Positions 19,214-27,748 of a stretch of 64,000 nucleotides of DNA are shown one piece after another (positions within the stretch are counted from its first letter, which is position 1; each line of letters opens with the position of its first letter). Both the position numbers and the translations under genes were made by a program. The notes under the pieces are model-generated. The model was not told the DNA's origin, did no database searches, and saw only the letters and a list, made by a program, of their open reading frames with translations. This DNA comes from Methanobacteriota archaeon (lineage in GTDB: Archaea > Thermoplasmatota > Thermoplasmata > RBG-16-68-12), in assembly GCA_005878525.1 (NCBI GenBank), contig VBMB01000135.1:39-64038 (forward strand), read 5' to 3'.

Positions 19214-19990
19214 GTGGCCGATGATTCCGGCTCTTCGGATGCCCAAGAGGTAACGGAGGAAGAGGCCGAGGAAGCGACGGACGAGGCGACGGACGACGCG
19301 ACCGAGGAGACGGCCCCGGCGGTCCGGCCGCCATCGCCGTTCAGCCGCGCGAGCCTGTCCCGGTTCCTCATGATTTTCCTGTTCCTCCTCGCGCTGTACG
19401 CGATCATCGACCAGCAAGTGGGGCTCGGGTTCGCGCGCGGGGCGGACGCGATCCTGTTCCCGCTCTTCGGCTTCGGTGGGACCCTTCCGGTCCTGACGAT
19501 TCTCCTCGCGGGCATCTTGACGACGACGATCGGCTCGATCATCCGGGACCACTACACGAACTGGGTGAAGATGGCCCGCACGCAGAAGGTCATGTCGGCG
19601 TGGCGGAAAGAGAATATGGAAGCCATGCGAAAGGGCCAGCAAACGAGGCTCGCGCAGCTCAAGGAAGTCCAGAAGGGGTTCGCGAAGGACCAGATGGACA
19701 TGATGTCGACGCCGTACAAGTCAACGGCGTGGACGATCTTCCTGTTCATCGTGATCTTCACGTGGCTCCGGCTCTTTGTCGACGTCGTGCTGCAGGCCCG
19801 CGGGAACCAGTGGATCGCGGTGCCGTGGTCGAACCACGTGTTCCTGAATAACCCGGGCTACGTGTTCCCGGCCTGGGTCCTGCTGTACTCTCTGCTCGCC
19901 ATCCCGTTCGGGCAGATCGTTGTCCGCGTCCTGAAGTACATCCGGTTCCGACGGCGTCTCCAGGCGATGGGCGTTCCGCTCCGGGAGTGA
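19214..19990 (+). CDS. DUF106 family membrane protein (archaeal Oxa1/YidC/EMC3-like insertase homolog)
   Basis: Acidic N-terminus, three predicted TM helices with a coiled-coil loop; conserved superoperon member. Confidence 0.7.
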   Translation: MADDSGSSDAQEVTEEEAEEATDEATDDATEETAPAVRPPSPFSRASLSRFLMIFLFLLALYAIIDQQVGLGFARGADAILFPLFGFGGTLPVLTILLAGILTTTIGSIIRDHYTNWVKMARTQKVMSAWRKENMEAMRKGQQTRLAQLKEVQKGFAKDQMDMMSTPYKSTAWTIFLFIVIFTWLRLFVDVVLQARGNQWIAVPWSNHVFLNNPGYVFPAWVLLYSLLAIPFGQIVVRVLKYIRFRRRLQAMGVPLRE

Positions 19991-20017
19991 GTGGACGAGA
20001 CCGCCTGAGGGACGTCG

Positions 20018-20557
20018 ATGATCCTCGTCATCGGAGGGCCGCCCGGCAGTGGCAAGACGACGGTCGCGGAGCGGTGGGCCGCGGCGCGCGGATCGGTCCT
20101 CGTGTCCGCGGGCATGCGGTTCCGGGCGATGGCGAAGGAACGGGGCCTGAGCCTCGAAGCGTTCGGCCGCGCCGCGGAGGGCGATCCGAGCATCGACCGC
20201 GCGCTGGATGCCGCCGTCCTCTCGGAGATCCGGACCCACGTGGCCGAGGGCCGGGACGTCGTGGTCGATGGACGGATTCAGGCGTACCTGCTCGTGAAGG
20301 AGCAGATCCCGTGTCTCAAGGTGCTCATCGATGCGCCGCTCGCGGTTCGCGCGAAACGAATCGCCGGCCGAGAGGGGACGACCGTGGAGGAGGCGAAACG
20401 CGAGATCCTCTCGCGCGAGCGGTCGGAACGGATCCGGTACAAATCGATTTACGGAATCGACGTCGGGGACACCCGAATCTTCGATCTCGTGATCGACTCG
20501 CGGGCGCGGACCCCGGACGAAGTCATCGCGAAGATCGCCGCGCGGGTGGGGGGATGA
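20018..20557 (+). CDS. cmk: Cytidylate kinase (archaeal type)
   Basis: P-loop GGPPGSGKTT; archaeal CMP kinase size of 179 aa. Confidence 0.8.
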   Translation: MILVIGGPPGSGKTTVAERWAAARGSVLVSAGMRFRAMAKERGLSLEAFGRAAEGDPSIDRALDAAVLSEIRTHVAEGRDVVVDGRIQAYLLVKEQIPCLKVLIDAPLAVRAKRIAGREGTTVEEAKREILSRERSERIRYKSIYGIDVGDTRIFDLVIDSRARTPDEVIAKIAARVGG

Positions 20558-21510
20558 GCGACCTCGTCGTCCTCCACGAGGTGCCCGACTCGAAGTACGG
20601 AACGAGACCCGAGGACCGGTCGATCGAGGAACGGATCCGACTCGGCGTGGCGATCGCGGACAAGCCGGCGGGCCCGACGTCCCACCAGGTCAGCGCCTGG
20701 GTGCGGGACATGTTCGGCGTCCCGAAGGCGGGCCACTCCGGCACCCTCGATCCGCGCGTGACCGGCGTCCTCCCGGTCGCTCTCGCCGACGCGACGCGAG
20801 CGCTCGAGGCCGTCCTCGAAGGGGACAAGGAATACGTTGGCGTGATGCAACTCCACCAGGACGTCGACGAGCGGCGCGTCCGGTCCATGATGGGCCGGTT
20901 CGTCGGGGAGATCTATCAGATCCCTCCGATCCGGTCGGCCGTCAAGAGGGAGCAGCGAACACGGCACGTCTACGAGCTCGAGCCGCTCGAGGTCGATGGC
21001 CGGAACGTCCTCTTCCGGGTGCGGTGTGAATCCGGCACCTACATTCGCACCTTGTGCGCGGACATCGGCGATGCGCTCGGCGTCGGCGCGAACCTGGTCG
21101 ACCTGCGCCGGACGCGCGCCGCGACGTTCGGCGAAGCGGACGCCCATCCGCTGAACGCGTTCCGGGACGCGCTCGCCTACTGGAAGGAAGACGGCGACGA
21201 CACGTCCGTCCGCGCGATCCTCCGGCCGGTGGAGGACCTCCTGCGGCATCTGCCGCGGATCGTCGTGAAGGATACCGCCGTGGATGCGATCTGCCATGGC
21301 GCGAACCTCGCGGTCCCGGGCGTCGCGAAGCTGTCCGACCACATCCGGGCCGGCGACCTCGTCGGCGTGTACACGGGGAAGGGCGAGGCGGTCGCGATCG
21401 CGAAGGCGCTCATGACGTCGGATCGGATCATCATCGCGAAGTCCGGTGCCGCCGCGGACACCGCCCGCGTGCTGATGTCCCCGGGGACGTACCCGCGACT
21501 CTGGAAGTGA
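20554..21510 (+). CDS. cbf5: tRNA/rRNA pseudouridine synthase Cbf5 (TruB family with PUA domain)
   Basis: Catalytic GTLD motif (HSGTLDPRVTG) and a C-terminal PUA domain. ATG overlaps the cmk stop (ATGA); the listed 507-aa ORF has a spurious N-terminal extension. Confidence 0.9.
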   Translation: MSDLVVLHEVPDSKYGTRPEDRSIEERIRLGVAIADKPAGPTSHQVSAWVRDMFGVPKAGHSGTLDPRVTGVLPVALADATRALEAVLEGDKEYVGVMQLHQDVDERRVRSMMGRFVGEIYQIPPIRSAVKREQRTRHVYELEPLEVDGRNVLFRVRCESGTYIRTLCADIGDALGVGANLVDLRRTRAATFGEADAHPLNAFRDALAYWKEDGDDTSVRAILRPVEDLLRHLPRIVVKDTAVDAICHGANLAVPGVAKLSDHIRAGDLVGVYTGKGEAVAIAKALMTSDRIIIAKSGAAADTARVLMSPGTYPRLWK

Positions 21511-21514
21511 GCGC

Positions 21515-22651
21515 GTGTCGGTCGACGCCTGGGGCTTCGACGTCGAACGTCAGGCGACCGCACGTCGGCTACGGTCGCTGCGCATCCGATTGTCGGCGAT
21601 CCGTTCGGCCGTCGCGGCGGCCCTCACGCTAACCCTCGTGTTCGGCGGGGCGGGTGCGTTGCGCGATTGGGTGCTTTCTTTGCACGTGCCCTCGTGGGCG
21701 GCCAAGGTTACGTTTCTGGCCGCCTTGTTCGCGTTCGTGACCGCGATCGATCTCCCGTTTCGCTACGTCGCTGGATATCGGTGGGACCGGGCGTTTGGAC
21801 TGTCCTCTCAACCCTTCGCCGGATGGCTGAAAGATCTTGCGAAGTCACTCGGCCTCGGACTCGCCGCGACGGTCGCAGTGGGCTACGTCTTGCTCTGGCT
21901 GCTCGCCATCTGGCCGACGTGGTGGTGGCTCGCCGCCTGGATGATGAGCCTCGTCGTCTCTATTGTCCTCGCGTTTCTCGCGCCCATCGTACTCGTGCCC
22001 CTGTTCTATCGCTTCCGACCCCTCGGAGATCCGGACCTCCGGGCCCGTTTCGAATCGCTCGCCGCCCAGGCGAAGGTCCCGATCGTGGGCGTGTTCGAGC
22101 TTCGCGCCTCCGAGAAAACACGGCGTTCGAATGCCGCGGTCATGGGCCTGGGGCGGACGCGGCGCGTCGTGGTCACGGACACGCTCCTTCGCGAGTTCCG
22201 GCCGGAGGAAGTGGAGACCGTCCTCGCGCACGAGCTCGCCCATCAGAAGTTCCTCGATCCGCTCCGCGGCTTCGTGTTGGGTTCCGCGACGTCTCTCGTC
22301 GTCCTGGCGGTCGCCGCGTGGATCTATGGGATTCTGTATTCGTCGTTCGGAATTCGCTCGATCGGCGACATAGCCGGGCTGCCGCTCTTGGCGGCGGTGC
22401 TCGGCCTCGTCTCTCTCCCTCTTCGGCCGCTCGAGCTGTGGTGGTCCCGCGCGCGGGAGGCGCGGGCGGATCGATTCTCCCTCGAGCTCACACATGACCC
22501 GGCGAACTTCGCAACGGCGATGGCGAAGCTCCACGACCAGAACCTCGGCGTGGCGGACCCGAAGCCATGGGAGAAGTGGCTGTTTTACAGCCATCCTCCG
22601 GGCCGCGAGCGCGTCGAACTCGCTCGTTCCATTCGCGCATCGCCCGCGTAA
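21515..22651 (+). CDS. M48 family zinc metallopeptidase (HtpX/Ste24-like), membrane-bound
   Basis: HELAHQ zinc motif plus multiple TM helices. Confidence 0.8.
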   Translation: MSVDAWGFDVERQATARRLRSLRIRLSAIRSAVAAALTLTLVFGGAGALRDWVLSLHVPSWAAKVTFLAALFAFVTAIDLPFRYVAGYRWDRAFGLSSQPFAGWLKDLAKSLGLGLAATVAVGYVLLWLLAIWPTWWWLAAWMMSLVVSIVLAFLAPIVLVPLFYRFRPLGDPDLRARFESLAAQAKVPIVGVFELRASEKTRRSNAAVMGLGRTRRVVVTDTLLREFRPEEVETVLAHELAHQKFLDPLRGFVLGSATSLVVLAVAAWIYGILYSSFGIRSIGDIAGLPLLAAVLGLVSLPLRPLELWWSRAREARADRFSLELTHDPANFATAMAKLHDQNLGVADPKPWEKWLFYSHPPGRERVELARSIRASPA

Positions 22652-22763
22652 GAACCGAGGAATCTTTATTACGACGCAGCCGATGGTCACGGCACTGGGT
22701 GCTGAGGTCGCCTAGTCCGGTGGAGTCCACGCCGACAGTCCCGGAACGGGCTGTTGGCAAAAT

Positions 22764-22872
22764 GCCCGGGTCGCCTAGACCGGTAGGGCGCGGCGCTGGA
22801 GTCGGCCTGAACTACCGCTGCCAGCGACGCCGTGGCTGCAAGGCCTCGGGAGTTCAAATCTCCCCCCGGGCG
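22764..22872 (+). tRNA. tRNA-Ser (anticodon GGA) with a 25-nt intron at the canonical 37/38 position (22802..22826)
   Basis: Acceptor GCCCGGG/CCCGGGC, D-arm GCCU/GGGC, anticodon stem CGGCG/CGCCG found only after removal of the intron, a 15-nt variable arm, T-arm GGGAG-UUCAAAU-CUCCC, discriminator G. Confidence 0.7.
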
Positions 22873-22873
22873 T

Positions 22874-23920
22874 TCAGCTTTTTCGACGAGCGGCGGCGAG
22901 TTTCTGCTTCAGCGCAACAATCGGCTTGAGCACCATCGGATCGACGCGACGCAGGACCGCCAGATACAAGCTCACGTAATCCCCGAGAAACAACGTGCCG
23001 AGCATCCGGCTCACGAGGGTCGGCCCGTCGTCCCGGATCTCCTCGACTTTCGTCTTCCTGGCGATGAGGGAAACGGTGATGTCGAGCTGTCGTCGCATCG
23101 CCGTGCTTTCGTCGCGGTCACGGAGCAGGATAGGGCGATGCGATCGCGCACGCGGATCCTCGACCCATCCGACGAGTTCGTTATGGTCGGCCTCAGGAAA
23201 CGTGGACGAAAATGCGAGGACCTTCGAGTTCTCGTTCAGCTGCGTCTGCCACCGTCTCGCGACGGCCGAGAAGGGAGGCGCCGCATAGATGATCGGCACG
23301 GTGGCTCGAATGCGGACGGCGAGGGCTTTCGCGCGGTTGGAGCGCATGCCGCTCTCCGGACGCAGTTTCGTGCGGATGGATCTCAAGTGCGCAACGGCCT
23401 CATCGAGCTCGCCTCTCGGATCCGAGTACGTCCAATCCCGACTGATCGCCGCGAGGATCCCGAAGAGATGGCCGAATGCGCCTCGCGGCGGGAGTCCCGT
23501 CGGGACATCGAACACAGAGAAGTCGCTCTTCCTCGCGAGGTCTGCCAGCATTCCACCGGATGTGATCGCGATCACGCGGCACTCGAGCTTGATTCCCTGG
23601 GCCGTCGCGGCCAAGGTTTCTTCCGTGTTTCCGGAATACGACAGCGCCACGAGGATGTCCTCGGACCGCGCGTAGGACGGGAGGTGGTAATCTCGGACGA
23701 CCTGGATCGGGACCTTCGAGCGGTCCGCGACCCACGCCGCGAACACGTCGCCGGCGATCGCCGAGCCACCCATCCCGACCAAGAAAATGCGCTGGGCCTC
23801 GTCGACCGCGAAATGGGTCGCCCTCGCCCGGGTCGCCGCGGCGATTTGGTCGGGGAGAGACGCGATGATGTCTCTCATTCTGCCGGGATCGAGCTGTGCG
23901 ACGGCCCGCGGCTCCAACAT
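22874..23920 (-). CDS. Bifunctional phosphoglucose/phosphomannose isomerase (archaeal SIS-domain PGI/PMI)
   Basis: SIS-domain motifs (GMGGSAIAGD, SYSGNTEET); 348 aa. Confidence 0.75.
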   Translation of the reverse strand: MLEPRAVAQLDPGRMRDIIASLPDQIAAATRARATHFAVDEAQRIFLVGMGGSAIAGDVFAAWVADRSKVPIQVVRDYHLPSYARSEDILVALSYSGNTEETLAATAQGIKLECRVIAITSGGMLADLARKSDFSVFDVPTGLPPRGAFGHLFGILAAISRDWTYSDPRGELDEAVAHLRSIRTKLRPESGMRSNRAKALAVRIRATVPIIYAAPPFSAVARRWQTQLNENSKVLAFSSTFPEADHNELVGWVEDPRARSHRPILLRDRDESTAMRRQLDITVSLIARKTKVEEIRDDGPTLVSRMLGTLFLGDYVSLYLAVLRRVDPMVLKPIVALKQKLAAARRKS

Positions 23921-24031
23921 CGGGGGGCCCCATGGGACCGCCCAAAATAAGGCCTCCGCCCCTCCGAGTGAAAACCAATAAAGTGGTTCCTACAACAATC
24001 TTGATATACGCCCCCCAGCTGCTCAGATTTC

Positions 24032-24727
24032 GTGGACCTCGCACGCGCGTTGGCCGCCCTGCAGCGAGGCGAATTCATCCTCGTGTACGACGGCGACGGC
24101 CGCGAAGAAGAGACGGACCTGACGATCGCCAGCGAGTTTGTGAAGCCCGAATCCGTCCGCGCGCTCCGCAAAGAAGCGGGCGGTCTGATCTGCACGACCC
24201 TCTCAGGCGAAGTCCGAGCGCGAATCGGCCTCCCGTTCATGGCGGAGGTCTTGCGGCGATCCGGAGTCGCGTATCCGGTCCTCGATGCGATCTCGAAGGA
24301 GGACATGAAATACGATCGGCACAGCGCGTTCTCGATTTCCGTCAATCACCGCGAGACTTTCACCGGCGTGACGGATGTGGACCGGGCCAAGACGATCTCG
24401 CGCTTCGCGGCCATCGCGAAGGAAGCGACAAAACGGGAGAACGGATGGGCGGCCCATAGGTTCGCCGAAGAATTCCGGTCCCCCGGCCACGTGCCCCTCC
24501 TGAACGCCGTGGATCCGCTCCTCGTCGAACGACGGGGTCACACGGAACTCACAACGGCCCTCATGCTCATGGCAGGACTCGCGCCCACCGCGACCATCTG
24601 CGAAATGATGGCGGACGACGGACGAGCTCTCTCGAAGCAAGATGCAAAGGCATATGCTCGGGCGAGGAATCTCGTCTTCCTGGAAGGGCAGGACATCGTT
24701 CGAGCGTGGCGTTCGTGGTCCGTGTAA
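24032..24727 (+). CDS. ribB: 3,4-dihydroxy-2-butanone 4-phosphate synthase
   Basis: DHBP synthase signatures (REEETDL, RSPGHV). GTG start. Confidence 0.85.
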   Translation: MDLARALAALQRGEFILVYDGDGREEETDLTIASEFVKPESVRALRKEAGGLICTTLSGEVRARIGLPFMAEVLRRSGVAYPVLDAISKEDMKYDRHSAFSISVNHRETFTGVTDVDRAKTISRFAAIAKEATKRENGWAAHRFAEEFRSPGHVPLLNAVDPLLVERRGHTELTTALMLMAGLAPTATICEMMADDGRALSKQDAKAYARARNLVFLEGQDIVRAWRSWSV

Positions 24728-25239
24728 TGGCGACGGGGGTCTTCGATCTCCTCCATCCCGGTCATGTGTATTTCCTCCGCGAGGCCCGAGCGCTCGGCGA
24801 CGAACTCTGGGTCGTCGTCGCCAGGGACAGCACGGCTCGGAAGTTCAAGCACGAACCGATCATGCCGGAGGCGGCCCGGTTCCAGATGGTCGAGGCGCTC
24901 AAGCCGGTCGACCGGGCCGTCCTGGGCCACGAAGGCAATATCTACGACATCCTCGATGAGATCCGCCCGGACATCATCGCGATCGGGTACGACCAGGTCC
25001 ACAGCGAGGAACGGATCCTCGCGGAGTGCCGCAAGCGCGGGCTCACAACAAAAGTCCTCCGGCTCCCGAAGTTCGAAGGGGATCTCGTCGGCACGAGAAA
25101 GATCGTGAGGAAGGTGGCGGAATGGCTCGCGCTCCAAGAACGACTCGACAAAGTCGAACGCGGAAACACGCGTCACGCCGCGGACCCGCCGCCACGGCCT
25201 CGCCGGCGAAAACCGGCGGGCCGAAAGCGAAACGCCTGA
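24727..25239 (+). CDS. ribL: FAD synthase (archaeal RibL, CTP-dependent nucleotidyltransferase)
   Basis: GVFDLLHPGH nucleotidyltransferase motif; TAATG overlap with the ribB stop; Arg/Pro-rich C-terminal tail. Confidence 0.75.
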   Translation: MATGVFDLLHPGHVYFLREARALGDELWVVVARDSTARKFKHEPIMPEAARFQMVEALKPVDRAVLGHEGNIYDILDEIRPDIIAIGYDQVHSEERILAECRKRGLTTKVLRLPKFEGDLVGTRKIVRKVAEWLALQERLDKVERGNTRHAADPPPRPRRRKPAGRKRNA

Positions 25240-25709
25240 AACGGATCGGGATCGTCGACACGTCCTTCTCGCGGTACGACATGGCTTCCGCCGCGATCAA
25301 CGAACTGCGAAAGCAGGGGGAGGGCTTCACGGTCGAGCGGTACACGGTTCCCGGCATCAAGGACCTCGCCGCGGGCGCACGAATCCTGTTCGACCGAGGG
25401 TGCGATCTCGTGTTGGCGCTCGGGATGGTCGGACGCCAGCCCGTGGACAAGGACTGCGCCCTCGCGGCGGACTTCGGCCTCCAAGCGGTGCAGGCCCAGA
25501 TCGGCAGGCACATCCTCGGCGTCATGGTGCACGAAGAAGAGGCCGCGGACGAGGCCGAGCTCGCCGGGCTGTTCGACCGACGGACTCGCGAGCACGCGGC
25601 GAACGCGTACGATCTTCTCTTCCGGCCGGCCGCGATCCGGGCGCGGGCGGGGACGGGTCAGCGGGAGGGATTCGCCGACGCAGGGCCACTCCAGGTGACG
25701 CGGACGTGA
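25122..25709 (+). CDS. ribC: Riboflavin synthase, archaeal type
   Basis: IGIVDTSFSRYDMA and VPGIKDL motifs of archaeal riboflavin synthase (MJ1184 family). The only in-frame ATG is at 25122, which overlaps the ribL 3' end by 118 nt; the start is uncertain. Confidence 0.65.
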   Translation: MARAPRTTRQSRTRKHASRRGPAATASPAKTGGPKAKRLKRIGIVDTSFSRYDMASAAINELRKQGEGFTVERYTVPGIKDLAAGARILFDRGCDLVLALGMVGRQPVDKDCALAADFGLQAVQAQIGRHILGVMVHEEEAADEAELAGLFDRRTREHAANAYDLLFRPAAIRARAGTGQREGFADAGPLQVTRT

Positions 25710-26113
25710 GGCTCGTCATCGTCGCCGCGGAGTTCAACCGCGAGGTCGCCGACCTCATGGTGAAGAGAGCTCTTGCGCGGGCGGAAGAACGCGACATCCG
25801 AGTCACGTCCGTTGTCCGCGTGCCGGGCGTATTCGAGATTCCCCTTGCGGTCCAGCGGCTCCTGGAGCGTGCGGATGTCGATGCGGCGGTCGCAATCGGC
25901 GCGGTGATCAAAGGCGAGACCCTGCACGACGAGGCGCTTATGGCCGCGGTGCCGAAGGCCCTGCTTGACATCGAACGGGCGACACACAAGCCGATCGGTC
26001 TCGGGATTACGGGTCCGGGGATGACCGACGAACAGGCGATGGCCCGCGTCGACAAGGGCGCGGAGGCCGTCGACGTGGCCCTCGCGATGCACGAGCTGCT
26101 CCGAGGGATCTGA
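25706..26113 (+). CDS. ribH: 6,7-dimethyl-8-ribityllumazine synthase
   Basis: GTG start overlaps the ribC stop; lumazine synthase fold motifs (VPGVFEIPLA, AIGAVIKGET). Confidence 0.85.
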   Translation: MRLVIVAAEFNREVADLMVKRALARAEERDIRVTSVVRVPGVFEIPLAVQRLLERADVDAAVAIGAVIKGETLHDEALMAAVPKALLDIERATHKPIGLGITGPGMTDEQAMARVDKGAEAVDVALAMHELLRGI

Positions 26114-26191
26114 CGATTTTCCCCTTGAGATTCAAGCCGGAAAGGTTTAATCCCGCACCCGTTCCATGTCGGCCGGCCTGGAGCACACGCC

Positions 26192-26551
26192 ATGGTCGAC
26201 ACGACCGCCCTCGAGTCCCTTCTCCACGAAGTCGAGCAGAACGAGGGTGTGCAGGAGGCGATGCTTGTTTCCCGGGCGGGAACGTATCTCGGGGGGAGCT
26301 TTCCCCGCGGCGTCCACGTGGATACCTTCGGGTCGATGTTCGCCGTCCTGGTCGGCTCCGCGATGACCATCACCGATGAAGCGAAGGATTCGCTCGAGTC
26401 CGTCGTGATCCATTCCAAGTCGAACAAGTACCTCATCGTCCACGCGGGCCGCAAGGCACTGCTCGTGATGCGCCTTCCCCCTTCCGCCGATCCACAAAAG
26501 ACGAAGACCGCGGTCGAGAAGTACATCCCGCGGATCGAGGAACATCTGTGA
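26192..26551 (+). CDS. Roadblock/LC7 (MglB-like) domain protein
   Basis: 119 aa with the typical Roadblock/LC7 secondary-structure pattern (A.LVSR.G...G). Confidence 0.7.
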   Translation: MVDTTALESLLHEVEQNEGVQEAMLVSRAGTYLGGSFPRGVHVDTFGSMFAVLVGSAMTITDEAKDSLESVVIHSKSNKYLIVHAGRKALLVMRLPPSADPQKTKTAVEKYIPRIEEHL

Positions 26552-26552
26552 C

Positions 26553-27215
26553 CTAGATCCTTCGCATCCCGCGGAGGATCCACTCGCTCACGGCCTTCGA
26601 CACGTATCGGCCGGTCGCGGCGGCTCCGCGATCCGTCCCCTGCCCCGATGTCCGGCCCTGCGAGAGGAGCTGAAGTACGTCGTCCAAGCGCAACGCGCCG
26701 GCGTCGACGGCGGTCACCCCCTCCGCGACTTCATCGAGAAAGTGACTGTCGCTGCCTCCCGTTTCACCGAGCTTCCGTTCGCGGGCCAATGCTCGCGCGC
26801 GGACGTTCCCCCGTCGAAGCGTCCGGGCGTTGCACGTCTCGTATGCCGGGAACTGGGCCTCTGCAACCGCGGTGGGGCCGAGCCCGGACCAGAACCGGAA
26901 CGGGTGGGCCGCGACGGGGACGCCGCCCAATGCGACGATCCGTTCCGCGGTCTCCGCCACCGAGAGATTCCGGGGGATGACCTCGCGGATTCCATACCCG
27001 AGGACATGGCCGGATCTCGTCGAGACCTCGATTGCCGGGATCACGAGGAAGTCGTGGCCTGCCGCGGCCTCCGCGACCGCGATCCCGCCCACGGAATTGT
27101 GGTCTGTGATCGCGACTCCTGCAAGACGCATCTTTCGGGCGACACCCACAAGCGCCGCCGGATCGACGCGGGAATCGGGAGAGTACTTCGTGTGGTTGTG
27201 GAGGTCGAGGAGCAT
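26553..27215 (-). CDS. PHP-domain metal-dependent phosphoesterase
   Basis: LDLHNHTKYSPD N-terminal His motif, ITDHN and GGSDSH motifs. Confidence 0.75.
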   Translation of the reverse strand: MLLDLHNHTKYSPDSRVDPAALVGVARKMRLAGVAITDHNSVGGIAVAEAAAGHDFLVIPAIEVSTRSGHVLGYGIREVIPRNLSVAETAERIVALGGVPVAAHPFRFWSGLGPTAVAEAQFPAYETCNARTLRRGNVRARALARERKLGETGGSDSHFLDEVAEGVTAVDAGALRLDDVLQLLSQGRTSGQGTDRGAAATGRYVSKAVSEWILRGMRRI

Positions 27216-27280
27216 GAAGGGGGCCGCACCGTGGCCCTTTCGCTTAAAGGCTTGCGCACCGGGATTCCCCGCGAGCTCTT

Positions 27281-27748
27281 ATGCGGCCGGGCCTCGATGT
27301 CGAGACCGTGATCGTCGAGTCGAAGCTCGGCATCCTGCGAGACCGAGTGCTTGTCGGCGGCCGAGAAATCGCGGTTCGCCGGGGTCGGCATGGGTGGCGT
27401 CTCGTCGTCGGAGCTCGCGGCGGGGTCGGCCGCGTCCAGTACGATGGCTGGTGGGACCGACTCACGATTCAGTCCCCGTCCGGCTCGTTGGAGATTCGAT
27501 TCCAGTGGCGCAACACGACGTTTCCTTGGCGGGGGCGCATCTACCGCGTCGGCTCGATGCTCGGCAATCGAGTGACCCTCTTCCGGGGCAGCGAACCGGT
27601 TGCCGTCGGTAAGATCACCTGGGGCGGTGTCCGGTTCGAGATGATGGACCCGGAGTTCATGACATCGAACGGGAGCTCGCACTCGGATTCGGCCTCCGCG
27701 CACAGGCGATTGCCGTGGCGGTCATCGCGGGCGTCCACTGATGCCTAG
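27281..27748 (+). CDS. Hypothetical protein (Trp-rich, 155 aa)
   Basis: The only ORF with protein-like composition in the 530-bp gap between the PHP gene and metG; no recognisable domain. Confidence 0.3.
   Translation: MRPGLDVETVIVESKLGILRDRVLVGGREIAVRRGRHGWRLVVGARGGVGRVQYDGWWDRLTIQSPSGSLEIRFQWRNTTFPWRGRIYRVGSMLGNRVTLFRGSEPVAVGKITWGGVRFEMMDPEFMTSNGSSHSDSASAHRRLPWRSSRASTDA

Noticed and set aside
19987-21510. 507-aa ORF covering cmk and cbf5
   Set aside because: The N-terminal 189 codons are an out-of-frame read-through over cmk. Cbf5 starts at ATG 20554.
22652-22763. Second tRNA gene upstream of tRNA-Ser
   Set aside because: Only a D-arm-like 20-mer is duplicated. No T-arm or acceptor 3' strand can be found, so it is treated as a fragment or leader, not a gene.
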